This document shows positions 36,396 to 45,286 of a stretch of DNA of 64,000 nt, piece after piece. Numbering within the stretch: the first letter of the stretch is position 1; the number at the start of each line of letters is the position of its first letter. The notes beneath the pieces are model-generated. The model searched no databases and was not told the DNA's origin. It saw nothing but the letters and a program-made list of their open reading frames with translations. The stretch is from Candidatus Adlerbacteria bacterium (GTDB lineage: Bacteria; Patescibacteriota; Minisyncoccia; Phycocordibacterales; SBAW01). The stretch lies in the NCBI GenBank assembly GCA_028286685.1, contig JAQBRA010000004.1, positions 12,898 to 76,897 of the forward strand, written 5' to 3'. A program made the position numbers and the translations under genes.

Positions 36396-37109
36396 TTCTC
36401 ACAACTTAAGAGGCGGGTAAGTATTACCCCCTCACCCTTTCCCATACCAGTGGACGGCATGTGGCTCTTCGGGGCCCTGCCCCAGCACATAAGGCACGGC
36501 TACGACGAGAAGAGCACGATTGCCTACTTCCGCCGCCATATTAAGCCTGCCACCGTGTTTATAGACATCGGAGCGAACTACGGCTACTTCACGGTCCTTG
36601 CAGGCAAGCTGGGGGCTACCGTAGAAACCTTCGAACCCGACAAGACTTCTTTCCGCAGAACCTCGTGGAATGTCCGCCTCAATGGCCTTTCCCGTAAAGT
36701 TACCCTGCATAACACCGCAGTGTCAGACACAAGCGGAGTTGCCACGTTCTATATCGACAAGCCCGGATCGGGACTCAATTCCCTGGTTCCAGGGGTTCTC
36801 AAGAATGCCAAGGAAACGCGCGTCACAATCGAGCCGTACGAGGGGTACTACGACTTCTGCAAGATAGACGTGGAGGGCGCGGAGCTTCAGGTCCTCAAAG
36901 GACTGCGCCATAAGGGGATTGTCGTAGCGGAGTTCTGCCCCTCGCGACTGGATGAGATGGGGCTGGGAGCCCGGACCTTTCTCCAGGAAGTGCGCACAAT
37001 GGGGTGGAAAGTCTACAGTATGGACGAAGTGGAGCTGACTGACCAAGAAGCTATCAACCTGGCCGCCCTAGAATATCGGGATACTATCAATCTTTTGCTT
37101 ATTCCCTAA
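36393..37109 (+). CDS. FkbM-family SAM-dependent methyltransferase
   Basis: FIDIGANYGYFTVLAG (FkbM/Methyltransf_21 glycine-rich motif) and …FCKIDVEGAELQVL…. Confidence 0.75.
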   Translation: MFSQLKRRVSITPSPFPIPVDGMWLFGALPQHIRHGYDEKSTIAYFRRHIKPATVFIDIGANYGYFTVLAGKLGATVETFEPDKTSFRRTSWNVRLNGLSRKVTLHNTAVSDTSGVATFYIDKPGSGLNSLVPGVLKNAKETRVTIEPYEGYYDFCKIDVEGAELQVLKGLRHKGIVVAEFCPSRLDEMGLGARTFLQEVRTMGWKVYSMDEVELTDQEAINLAALEYRDTINLLLIP

Positions 37110-37245
37110 GCCCCATGAAGCGCCACTGGTACCGCTCCTCAGCAGAGATACCGCCTGCCCTGCCCCGCTCTCCGGGGAGACGGGGGCCAGGAAAGAAGAC
37201 GATCATCCTGTGGGAGGAAGGGAGAGACGGTCCCCGAGCATACAA

Positions 37246-37272
37246 CAAGGCCCCCTAGTGGGGGCTTTTGTT
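37246..37272. terminator. bidirectional terminator between the FkbM and protease genes
   Basis: aaGGCCCCCtagtGGGGGCttttgtttt. Confidence 0.65.
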
Positions 37273-37839
37273 TTAACGGCGTCCCTTTTTGGATTTTCGA
37301 GGGTTAGCGGCGCGGTTTATTGCCCGTTTGGCCTTCTCCTCTTCAAACCTATTCCAGTTCTCCACCTCTCCAATAAAATCAAATTCATGCACGGACGGTA
37401 TGCGGAACGACGCTACAGTTTTTCCTCCTTTATTAGTCAGAGCAAAATCTCCTTGAGTGAGAATGTCCATTCCGACAATAACTTCAAAATCAGGCTGGTC
37501 GGTTAGGTTGGCTTGGATGACCCTCAGTTTCGGAAACTTTACCCTACCGTCACACATAGAAAGTTCCTCAATAACGAACACCGGGACGTCACTGACCTTT
37601 CCTGCGGCTGTGCTCGACTCAGTAAGTCCCACTGACTGTAAGCTCATTTCCTGCACGAGTTCGGCTGATACGAATGTATGTGTCGCGCCAGTATCGACAA
37701 GTGCCGGGTACACTTTAGAGGTACCGGAGTCGTTCGTTATTTGTACTGGAATGACGATGCGATTGGCCGGACCAGAGAACCGCATTGACCAAGCTTCATG
37801 GCGTTCCATTTTAGTAGATAGCGGTTCTAGGCGAGGCAA
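37273..37839 (-). CDS. retropepsin-like (clan AA) aspartic protease
   Basis: ALVDTGATHTFVS (DTGA catalytic motif) and a later hydrophobic-GMDIL flap-like segment. Confidence 0.65.
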   Translation of the reverse strand: MPRLEPLSTKMERHEAWSMRFSGPANRIVIPVQITNDSGTSKVYPALVDTGATHTFVSAELVQEMSLQSVGLTESSTAAGKVSDVPVFVIEELSMCDGRVKFPKLRVIQANLTDQPDFEVIVGMDILTQGDFALTNKGGKTVASFRIPSVHEFDFIGEVENWNRFEEEKAKRAINRAANPRKSKKGRR

Positions 37840-38059
37840 AAGAGGCCGTGTAGCTGTCTACTCCTGGCGATACCTCCTGTAGAGAAAAATTTCCACGGCC
37901 AAATTTCTCAACTGCAAAATCATACGCTTCTGCAAGTGTATTCTTTACTTCGAGAATCTGATCGTCTTTAAGGATTAGAGTTTTACCATTGTACTTAGCC
38001 ACCAATTCGTCTTGGTGATCCTTGTAAAATTGTAGCGCCAAGGCGTGGTTTGATGCCAT
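37811..38059 (-). CDS. DUF5678-like small protein, partner of the aspartic protease
   Basis: 82 aa. …AKYNGKTLILKDDQILEVKNTLAEAYDFAVEKFGRGNFSLQEV matches the DUF5678-type pattern. Overlaps the protease ORF by 29 nt. Confidence 0.5.
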   Translation of the reverse strand: MASNHALALQFYKDHQDELVAKYNGKTLILKDDQILEVKNTLAEAYDFAVEKFGRGNFSLQEVSPGVDSYTASFASPRTAIY

Positions 38060-38240
38060 GCCCTCACTATACCAAAACGCTTCGATATAGCTAGCACGAA
38101 TCCCCTGTTTTTAGCAGGGTAAAAAGTCCTTTAATATGGCTTCATTTTCCACCTCGCCCATAAGAGTATTGCTCCCCTCCCAAGAGGTATTTATTCAAAT
38201 AGCCGAGACGTACCTGCAGCATAGCCACTCCAGCGTTCGC

Positions 38241-38425
38241 AAAACGATATATTGTGCGACGTATATGCTATTGATTCCCGACCGGGTTGAGTCTGCTTAA
38301 AATGTGAAACTTTTAGAGTCCCTACCCCGCCGCCGCGCCCCGGAAGATAGTTTTGGGTCCGGTCTCAATTCCCTCCGCTCTTTTTATAAATTTTCTGCAA
38401 AATTTCTCCAAAAGACCCCTCCCCC
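38241..38425 (+). repeat. copy B of the paralogous non-coding segment, followed by a terminator
   Basis: ~70% identity to copy A across ~180 bp, including the homologue of the HEPN gene's 5' end but no ATG. Ends at terminator 38459-38485. Confidence 0.75.
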
Positions 38426-38458
38426 GTTTTTTCAAAATTTGGGTAGGGGACCTAATAA

Positions 38459-38485
38459 AAAAGCCGCGGCATGCCGCGGCTTTTG
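38459..38485. terminator. bidirectional terminator
   Basis: aaaaaaGCCGCGGCatGCCGCGGCttttgac. Confidence 0.7.
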
Positions 38486-38503
38486 ACTTTTTCGCCGAGG
38501 CTA

Positions 38504-38764
38504 TTAATTGAGCCTCTTTGGTTTAACGTCTGGATTGTCTTCCAAAACCTTTTCTTGCAGGTAGCCGGCGGGTACTATGCTGATCGATACAATCGATATC
38601 TTGCGCTTCTTGTATCGGTCGAGAAATTCTTCCGCTTCGCGCCATGCTGCTTTGGGGTCCGGATAGGCAGTTCCGACTTTTTTCATCTGCAGCAGCAAGT
38701 TGTCCTCGCTATATGTTTCAGTGAGAATTCCTTGCCACATCCCTAGATTTTCTGCGTCAGCCAC
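38504..38764 (-). CDS. hypothetical protein
   Basis: 86-aa ORF immediately upstream of the terminator. Confidence 0.35.
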   Translation of the reverse strand: MADAENLGMWQGILTETYSEDNLLLQMKKVGTAYPDPKAAWREAEEFLDRYKKRKISIVSISIVPAGYLQEKVLEDNPDVKPKRLN

Positions 38765-38837
38765 GAGACGCTCCCTTTGTTGGTTTGGTTATCTGTAAAT
38801 TACATTAACATAACAATACAAGTATGTCCAGAGTGCT

Positions 38838-39503
38838 ATGATGAAGAGGATGAGCTACGCAGACAAGATAGGCGCCCTCCTCTCCCCTGCTGAGCGGGCG
38901 GTTTTTATAAAGTTGAACACGCCACAGAAGGTGCAGGACTACTTGGACGCCATGCCACTTAACTTTGAGGTACGCGGCGAAGAAGGCATATACAGCCCAC
39001 GAGAGGTATTAAAGAAAAAGAAGGCCCAATGCATGGAAGGGGCGCTTTTAGCAGTAGCAGCGCTCGAGTACAACGGCCAGCGGGCCTACTTGCTTGATTT
39101 GCGCACGCCCGAGTACGATTACGATCATGTGGTCGCTTTGTTTAAGGTAGGCGGCCGGTGGGGCGCCATAAGCAAAACAAACCACCCGGTGCTGCGGTGG
39201 CGCGACCCGGTGTACACAAGCGTGCGCGAGCTCGCAGTCTCATACTTTCACGAGTACTTCCTTTTTAGCGGCGAGAAGACTCTTAAGTCGCACTCTGACG
39301 CATTCTCCCTGCACCCCTACCCACTTGAGCGGTGGCTCACTACAGAAGATGACTTGGATTGGCTGGCCACCGAGCTTGATAAAGCAAAGCACTTCCCTAT
39401 TGCATCACCCAAGGCGATGAAGTCGCTGCGTCGTGCGTCCAAGATCGAGCGCAAAGCGACCGAGATGGTCGAGTGGAAGGATCCGTCAAAAAAGAAAGCT
39501 TAA
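38838..39503 (+). CDS. hypothetical protein, possible transglutaminase-like/papain-fold Cys-His-Asp peptidase
   Basis: CMEGALLAVAALEYNG … DHVVALF … weak Cys/His/Asp arrangement. Confidence 0.4.
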   Translation: MMKRMSYADKIGALLSPAERAVFIKLNTPQKVQDYLDAMPLNFEVRGEEGIYSPREVLKKKKAQCMEGALLAVAALEYNGQRAYLLDLRTPEYDYDHVVALFKVGGRWGAISKTNHPVLRWRDPVYTSVRELAVSYFHEYFLFSGEKTLKSHSDAFSLHPYPLERWLTTEDDLDWLATELDKAKHFPIASPKAMKSLRRASKIERKATEMVEWKDPSKKKA

Positions 39504-40273
39504 TTTTTAAGCCCGATGCCGTTGCGGAAGAGGTAGAGCGCGGTGCCTACGAAGGCAACCGTGAGGCCGCCTAAGACGCCAAAGCACAGCCCAAGGCTTA
39601 TATCGCTAATGCCCAAGAATCCGTAGCGGAACGCATTGACCATGTAGAGTATCGGATTGAACATCGAGACCGTCTGCCAGAACGGCGAGAACTGCTGGAT
39701 AGAGAAAAAGATGCCGCCGAGGTACGTGAGAGGGGTCAGGACGAAGGTCGGCACGATCGAGATGCCGTCAAAGCCCTTGGCGAATACGCCGTTGATAAGC
39801 CCGCCGAGGCTAAACAGCACTGAGGTGAGCACGATTGCTCCAATGAGGACAAATATGTTGAATATGACGAGGTGCGTAAAGAACAGGGACACCAGGAGGA
39901 CCAGGAAGCCCACCAAGAGTCCGCGCAATACTCCCCCGCTCATAAAGCCGAGTATCACCAGCCAGTCCGGCATGGGCGACACTAGAATTTCGTCGAGCGT
40001 CTTGGTCCATTTGGCAAAGTAGAAGGTCGAGACCGTATTCATGTACGAGCTCGTAATGACCGACATCATGATGAGGCCCGGGACGATAAACTGGATGTAC
40101 TCAAAGCCGTGGATAGGGGCGAGCTGTGAGCCGATGAATTTGCCGAAGACGACGAAGTAGAGTCCGGTCGTGATAACCGGAGGCAGGAGCGTCTGCGACC
40201 AGATGCGCACGATGCGCGTCAGCTCGTTGCGCATCATCGTGAAATACGGGATCCAGTACGGGTGTCGGGTCAT
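39500..40273 (-). CDS. ABC-2 type transporter permease
   Basis: Six transmembrane helices. 4-nt overlap with the upstream ATPase gene. Confidence 0.8.
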   Translation of the reverse strand: MTRHPYWIPYFTMMRNELTRIVRIWSQTLLPPVITTGLYFVVFGKFIGSQLAPIHGFEYIQFIVPGLIMMSVITSSYMNTVSTFYFAKWTKTLDEILVSPMPDWLVILGFMSGGVLRGLLVGFLVLLVSLFFTHLVIFNIFVLIGAIVLTSVLFSLGGLINGVFAKGFDGISIVPTFVLTPLTYLGGIFFSIQQFSPFWQTVSMFNPILYMVNAFRYGFLGISDISLGLCFGVLGGLTVAFVGTALYLFRNGIGLKN

Positions 40274-41010
40274 ACGGTTTCTTTGTCTCCTTTAATGATA
40301 TCGAGGTATACGGTCTCTAGCTTCTGTCCGTTGCGCTCCAAAAGGCCCTTCATGGGCTCGTTGACGGCAATCTGGCCCTTGTTGATGACCGCTATGTTGC
40401 GGCACAGCTCCTCGGCCTCTTCCAGGTAGTGGGTCGTAAGCACTATGGTCGTGCCCGACTCGTTGAGCTTGCGCAAAAAGTCCCACATGCCCAGGCGCAT
40501 CTCGACATCCACGCCCGCCGTGGGCTCGTCGAGTATAAGGAGTCGCGGCTTGTGGATGAGTCCGCGAGCGATCATAAGCCGGCGCTTCATGCCGCCCGAG
40601 AGGCTTTGCGAGACCGTGTCGCGCTTGTCCCACAGGCCCAGGGCCTTCAGGAGTTCCTCGGCGCGCGAGAGGGCCTCCGCGCGCGGGATGCCGTAGTAGC
40701 CGGCCTGGGTTACGACGATATCGATCACTTTCTCGAAAATATTAAAATTGAATTCTTGCGGCACCAGGCCGATGTAGGTCTTGGCCAAGTCCTTGTCGGT
40801 CTCGAGCGACGCGCCGAAAACGCGCGCCTCGCCCGAAGTCGCAGTTACCAGGCTGGTGAGTATGCCGATAAGGGTGGTCTTCCCTGCCCCGTTGGGGCCG
40901 AGCAGGGCGAAAAAGTCGCCTTCCTCGACGCTCAGAGTAACGCCTTTAAGCGCCTCTGTGCCGCCCGCGTAGATTTTGCGCAGGTCCTTAACTTCTATAG
41001 CTTTTGCCAT
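40270..41010 (-). CDS. ABC transporter ATP-binding protein
   Basis: Walker A GPNGAGKTT, signature LSGGMKRRL, Walker B LILDEPTAGVD. Confidence 0.9.
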   Translation of the reverse strand: MAKAIEVKDLRKIYAGGTEALKGVTLSVEEGDFFALLGPNGAGKTTLIGILTSLVTATSGEARVFGASLETDKDLAKTYIGLVPQEFNFNIFEKVIDIVVTQAGYYGIPRAEALSRAEELLKALGLWDKRDTVSQSLSGGMKRRLMIARGLIHKPRLLILDEPTAGVDVEMRLGMWDFLRKLNESGTTIVLTTHYLEEAEELCRNIAVINKGQIAVNEPMKGLLERNGQKLETVYLDIIKGDKETV

Positions 41011-41171
41011 AAGTTCCCCAGTATATCACAGTGTGATATTCCCTTGCTCGCTCGGAATCAAAAGCGAGCTTTTGTTCTCTCACTCGCTGCGGTCTTAGCA
41101 TTTTGGGGTTTAAACAAAAACACCCCTTTGAGTGGGGCGCTTTTGTTTTAAAAACGAGAGGAATGAAAACT

Positions 41172-41399
41172 TTAGCGGCAGTCCTTGCAGTGGCTTTTAT
41201 GGGTTACCAAGAGCCAGAGGGCCGATACGCCTACAAGCAAGTAGATGCCATTCTCGAGCTCCGGCATGGTGCCCACAAGCATATTGACGACGTTCCAGTC
41301 GCCGGCCGCGCCGCCCATAAGCGCGTTAAGACCGATAAGGCCCCAGTTGATGCCTCCGACGGCGACCAAGATAACTGCAGCGATGTGAAGTAATTTCAT
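41172..41399 (-). CDS. DUF378-family small membrane protein
   Basis: …VGGINWGLIGL…NMLVG… pattern. Confidence 0.6.
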   Translation of the reverse strand: MKLLHIAAVILVAVGGINWGLIGLNALMGGAAGDWNVVNMLVGTMPELENGIYLLVGVSALWLLVTHKSHCKDCR

Positions 41400-41509
41400 A
41401 GTGAGATACGGAAATGTTCGATGCGGTTCGACCGGTCCCGCTTGCCCATTAGTATGAGGCCTCCCCTCTTATTGAGAAGGTCCGCAAAGCCGTGTGTGGG
41501 GATATCGAA

Positions 41510-42796
41510 CTAGAGCGCCGGGAGGTACGACAGCGGGTTGAGGTACGCGTTGAGCGGCGCGATCGGAATGAATGCTACGGCGCCACTGTTGCAGGTATAT
41601 TGCTTGAAAGTAACGGCGCTCGAGACGTAGACCGTAAAGTGCAGGTGCGGGCCGGTCGCATAGCCGGTGTCTCCGGCCAGGCCCAAGGTTTCCCCCGTGG
41701 CAACGCGCTGGCCCTTGACGACCGAGATGCCAGAGAGGTGCGCGTACAAGGACGTTAGGCCGTTGTCGTGCTTAACCAGCACCCACTTGCCGTACTGGCA
41801 GTATTTGACGGCGCCTTGGTTAATTTCCTGCACGGTGCCGGAAAGAGCAGCCTTAACCGGCGTACCCACGGCGGCCCTAAAGTCGATGCCGTTGTGGCCC
41901 TGGCCGTTGTAGGCGCCCGATGCGGCAAATGCGGTGTTGCCGAAGTTCTGCGTAATAGTAACGGCGGCCAGCGGCCAGTTGAGTATGCCTCTGGCGGCGC
42001 CCGGAGCGGTGGTGGTGTCCGCAGCGCCCAGTCCCGAGGCCAAGCGCACGAGCTCGGACTCGAAGGCCGCCTGCTCGGCCTTTTTCTGCGCAATAAGCGC
42101 CTGGTACTCGGCCTCCTTGTTCTGGGTCTGCGTCAGGAGCGTGCTTTGCGTTGATCGCGTAGCCGCAACGCCGAGCTTCTGGTCGCTGAGCGTGCTCTGC
42201 AGATTTTTAAGCTCCAGGCGCTTCTGCTCGGCGCTCTTTTTAGAAGTCGAAAGGTTGGTGCGGAGCGCGGAGAGGTCGAGTATCTTGTTCTGCAGCTCGC
42301 TGCGCACCGTAGCGAGCGATATTGCCTGGTCAAAAAACGACGCCAGGGTGCCGCCGCCCAGAAGCGCCGATACCATTGAGTCCTCGGTCATGTGGTCGAG
42401 CTCGCGCAAGGTGTCTGCAACCTGCGTCTGCGAGGTCTCGATCTGATCCTCGGTCGTAAGAATATTGGCGCCAAGATTTTTTATATCCTTGTCTTTCTGC
42501 GAGATCTGAGTCTGAGTCAAAGATAGGCTCTTTTGCAGCTTCTGGATCTGCAGGTCGAGCCCCTTCACTGCGGTCTGGAGGGTCTGGCGCTGCGCCGCCG
42601 TGGTCGTCAGCTGGCCCTCAAGCCGCTTAATCTCGTCCTGCAGGTTCTTTATCTGGTCAGTGGTGGCGTCTACGCGGGCCTCGAGCTCTTCGCGCGTTTG
42701 TGCCTGAGCTTGCTGCGGCTGATTCTGTACAAAAAAGCCTGCCGAAAGCAAAAGCAGAGCGGCGACCCAGATAGAGGCTAGGCGAGTACGGAACAT
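41510..42796 (-). CDS. coiled-coil M23 metallopeptidase (EnvC-like murein hydrolase or activator)
   Basis: Signal/anchor, ~250-aa coiled-coil, C-terminal M23 domain with GHNGIDF and GPHLHF motifs. Confidence 0.8.
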   Translation of the reverse strand: MFRTRLASIWVAALLLLSAGFFVQNQPQQAQAQTREELEARVDATTDQIKNLQDEIKRLEGQLTTTAAQRQTLQTAVKGLDLQIQKLQKSLSLTQTQISQKDKDIKNLGANILTTEDQIETSQTQVADTLRELDHMTEDSMVSALLGGGTLASFFDQAISLATVRSELQNKILDLSALRTNLSTSKKSAEQKRLELKNLQSTLSDQKLGVAATRSTQSTLLTQTQNKEAEYQALIAQKKAEQAAFESELVRLASGLGAADTTTAPGAARGILNWPLAAVTITQNFGNTAFAASGAYNGQGHNGIDFRAAVGTPVKAALSGTVQEINQGAVKYCQYGKWVLVKHDNGLTSLYAHLSGISVVKGQRVATGETLGLAGDTGYATGPHLHFTVYVSSAVTFKQYTCNSGAVAFIPIAPLNAYLNPLSYLPAL

Positions 42797-42808
42797 TATA
42801 GGTTTATT

Positions 42809-44110
42809 TTAAAACGATTCGGCCGCGCGAGCAATGCGCTTGAGTGTCTCGTCTTTGCCAACAAGTGCCGCAATGGTGAAGGGGTCAGGAGATTTCTCGC
42901 GGCCCGAGAGCGCCACGCGCAACGGCCACAGCACGGCCCCCCTGCCCTCTTGCTCCGCATACGGCCACACCGCATCTTTTATATGCGCAGCAGTGAAGTC
43001 CTCATCGGCTACCCCCAAGATGATCGCTTGCACTGCCTGCAAGTGCTTTGACGCATCTTCGGCGGCAATCTTTCCCTTATTGAGCAGCAATGCAGGCTCG
43101 CAGGACACGTCGCCTGTGAAGTCATATTCTTTTATAAGGTCAGTAGCCTCAGTGAGCGTCTGCGCGCGCTCCTTAATGAGCGGCACGAGCCGGGCATCGA
43201 ACTCAGACTTACTGAAGTCCTTGAGCCGCGCGCCATACTCCTGGTCGCTCAGGCGCTTGAGATGCTCGTGATTGAACCAGAGGAGCTTTTCGGTGCCAAA
43301 GACGGCGCCTGCCTTGTGTATGCGCTCCAGCGTAAAGAGCTTTACCAGTTCCTCAAGCGTAAACACCTCCTGCTCGCCGCCCGGGTTCCATCCCAAAAGC
43401 GCCAGGTAGTTGATGATTGCCTCGGGGATAAAGCCCTGTGCTCGATAGTCGGTCGCCGACACGGCGCCGTGGCGCTTGGACAGCTTGGATTTGTCGGGGG
43501 CCAAGATAAGCGGGACGTGCGCATACTCCGGCCGCGCAAAGCCGAGCGCCTCGAGTATCAAAATTTGGCGCGGGGTGTTGGAAATATGCTCTTCGCCGCG
43601 GATGACGTGGGTTACGCCCATGTCATGGTCGTCAATGACAACCGCCAGGTGGTACAAGGGCTCGTCGATACTGCGCGCGATAACGAAGTCGCCCAAGTCG
43701 GTCGTGTCAAAGGTAACCTGCTCGCGCACCGCGTCGGCAAAGGTAATGACCGAGTTTGGGTTCTTAAAGCGCACGACCTTCTTGCCCGGATTATTTTCCG
43801 ACTCCTCGGCCTCGTAGGCCATCCCCGCATCCACCAGGCGCGCTACATGGCCCTGGTAGACGCTCAGGCGCTCGGACTGGCGGTATACGGGCGGCGTCTC
43901 GTATGGGATGCCCAGCCAGTGGACCACATCTAAAATGTCCTGCTCAAATTCCGGCTTGCTCCTTTCCTTGTCGGTGTCCTCAAACCGCAAAATCATTTTG
44001 CCCCCGTTGTGCGCGGCAAAAAGGTAGTTAAAAAGCGCCGTGCGCGCGCCGCCGATGTGCAAAAGGCCCGTGGGGCTCGGCGGAAACCGCGTAATGACCG
44101 GCTGTGACAT
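42809..44110 (-). CDS. gltX: glutamyl-tRNA synthetase
   Basis: PSPTGLLHIGGART (HIGH) and KLSKR (KMSKS); 433 aa. Confidence 0.9.
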   Translation of the reverse strand: MSQPVITRFPPSPTGLLHIGGARTALFNYLFAAHNGGKMILRFEDTDKERSKPEFEQDILDVVHWLGIPYETPPVYRQSERLSVYQGHVARLVDAGMAYEAEESENNPGKKVVRFKNPNSVITFADAVREQVTFDTTDLGDFVIARSIDEPLYHLAVVIDDHDMGVTHVIRGEEHISNTPRQILILEALGFARPEYAHVPLILAPDKSKLSKRHGAVSATDYRAQGFIPEAIINYLALLGWNPGGEQEVFTLEELVKLFTLERIHKAGAVFGTEKLLWFNHEHLKRLSDQEYGARLKDFSKSEFDARLVPLIKERAQTLTEATDLIKEYDFTGDVSCEPALLLNKGKIAAEDASKHLQAVQAIILGVADEDFTAAHIKDAVWPYAEQEGRGAVLWPLRVALSGREKSPDPFTIAALVGKDETLKRIARAAESF

Positions 44111-44136
44111 AGGGGCAGTTTAGCAGAAAATGGCCT

Positions 44137-45267
44137 TTATTTCTCGTGGCTGAGCCCGATATCGAGGAGCGCGTTGGCGATAAGCTTGGCCGCATCCGGG
44201 CGGCTGAAGCCGCGCGCCGCATTCTGCATCGCGTGCTTTATCTGCTCGCTGCTGAGTATCCGCTCGATTTCCGAAATCAAAAGGCCCGGGGTCAGATTAT
44301 TCTGCTCTATTACCGAGGCTCCCCCGGCGCGCGCGTAGGCAAAGGCATTCTTGGTCTGGTCATGGCTTACGGGTTCGGGTATCGGGACCAGTATCATGGG
44401 CAGGCCCCATGCCGCCGCCTCGAAGATATTCCCCGCTCCGGCGCGCGAAATGATAAGGCTGGCCGATCCCGCTGCCATGCGGGTAGCCAGGTCATTTAAG
44501 TAATCAAATGCCTTGTAGCGCTCATATACCACCGAGTCGGTAATAGCGACGCGCGAGCGGCCCACGACGTCGGTAAAGTTCGCCCGGCCGGTCTGGTGCA
44601 CCACCTGGTACTTCTCCAAGAGGCGCGGCAGCGCATCGAGCACTGCGTCGTTTATGGTCTGGGAGCCCTGGCTGCCGCCGGTGACCAGTATGACCGGCAC
44701 ATCAGGCTTGAGCTTGAGAAACTCCCGGGCTCCCTCGCGCGCGGGCAAAAGGGCCGCCTTGCGCACCGGGTTGCCGGTGTGCGCCACTTTCTCTTTCGGA
44801 AAGTATTCCGCCCCTTCGGCAAAGGCTACGGCGATTTTGACGGCAAACTTGGCCGCCCACTTGTTAACCCGGCCCGGGTCTACGTCGCAGTTGAGTATGA
44901 CGACCGGGATGCGGAAGACGCGCGCCGCAAGCAGCGTCGGAAAGCTGGCGTAGCCGCCGGTCGAAAAGACAACGTCCGGGTAGAGGAAAAACACGCGCAG
45001 CATCGAGCGGACGGTTCCCCATGCGGTCTTGAAGTAATCGAAGAAGTTGAGGATCGAGAAGTAGTTGCGGATCTTTCCGGCCGAGGTGGCGACCCAGGTG
45101 ATGTTGTTGGCGAGCAGCACCTCGCGGTCGTACGGGTCCGGCGCGGCATAGAAAAGCTGCGGCTCGAGCAGCTTGCGCTCGCGCGTCTCGTCGTTAATAG
45201 CCTCTGCCACGGCGACAATGGGGTAAAAGTGCCCGCCCGATCCCCCTCCGGTAAAAAGTATTTTCAT
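44137..45267 (-). CDS. murG: lipid II synthase MurG (GT28)
   Basis: TGGGSGGHFYP G-loop. Adjacent to ftsW and mraY. Confidence 0.9.
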   Translation of the reverse strand: MKILFTGGGSGGHFYPIVAVAEAINDETRERKLLEPQLFYAAPDPYDREVLLANNITWVATSAGKIRNYFSILNFFDYFKTAWGTVRSMLRVFFLYPDVVFSTGGYASFPTLLAARVFRIPVVILNCDVDPGRVNKWAAKFAVKIAVAFAEGAEYFPKEKVAHTGNPVRKAALLPAREGAREFLKLKPDVPVILVTGGSQGSQTINDAVLDALPRLLEKYQVVHQTGRANFTDVVGRSRVAITDSVVYERYKAFDYLNDLATRMAAGSASLIISRAGAGNIFEAAAWGLPMILVPIPEPVSHDQTKNAFAYARAGGASVIEQNNLTPGLLISEIERILSSEQIKHAMQNAARGFSRPDAAKLIANALLDIGLSHEK

Positions 45268-45286
45268 GCCTGTTTAAAATAAGCCC

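Noticed and set aside
38304-38486. 60-aa ORF (GTG start) inside repeat copy B
   Set aside because: It reads straight through the terminator hairpin. The same frame in copy A gives an unrelated peptide, so the frame is not conserved. Treated as non-coding.
33700-39503. Classical integrase-mediated genomic island at tRNA-Pro
   Set aside because: The tRNA 3' end points away from the accessory region. No integrase or recombinase gene is present, and no direct repeat of the tRNA end was found at the far boundary. It is kept as a compositional accessory region only.
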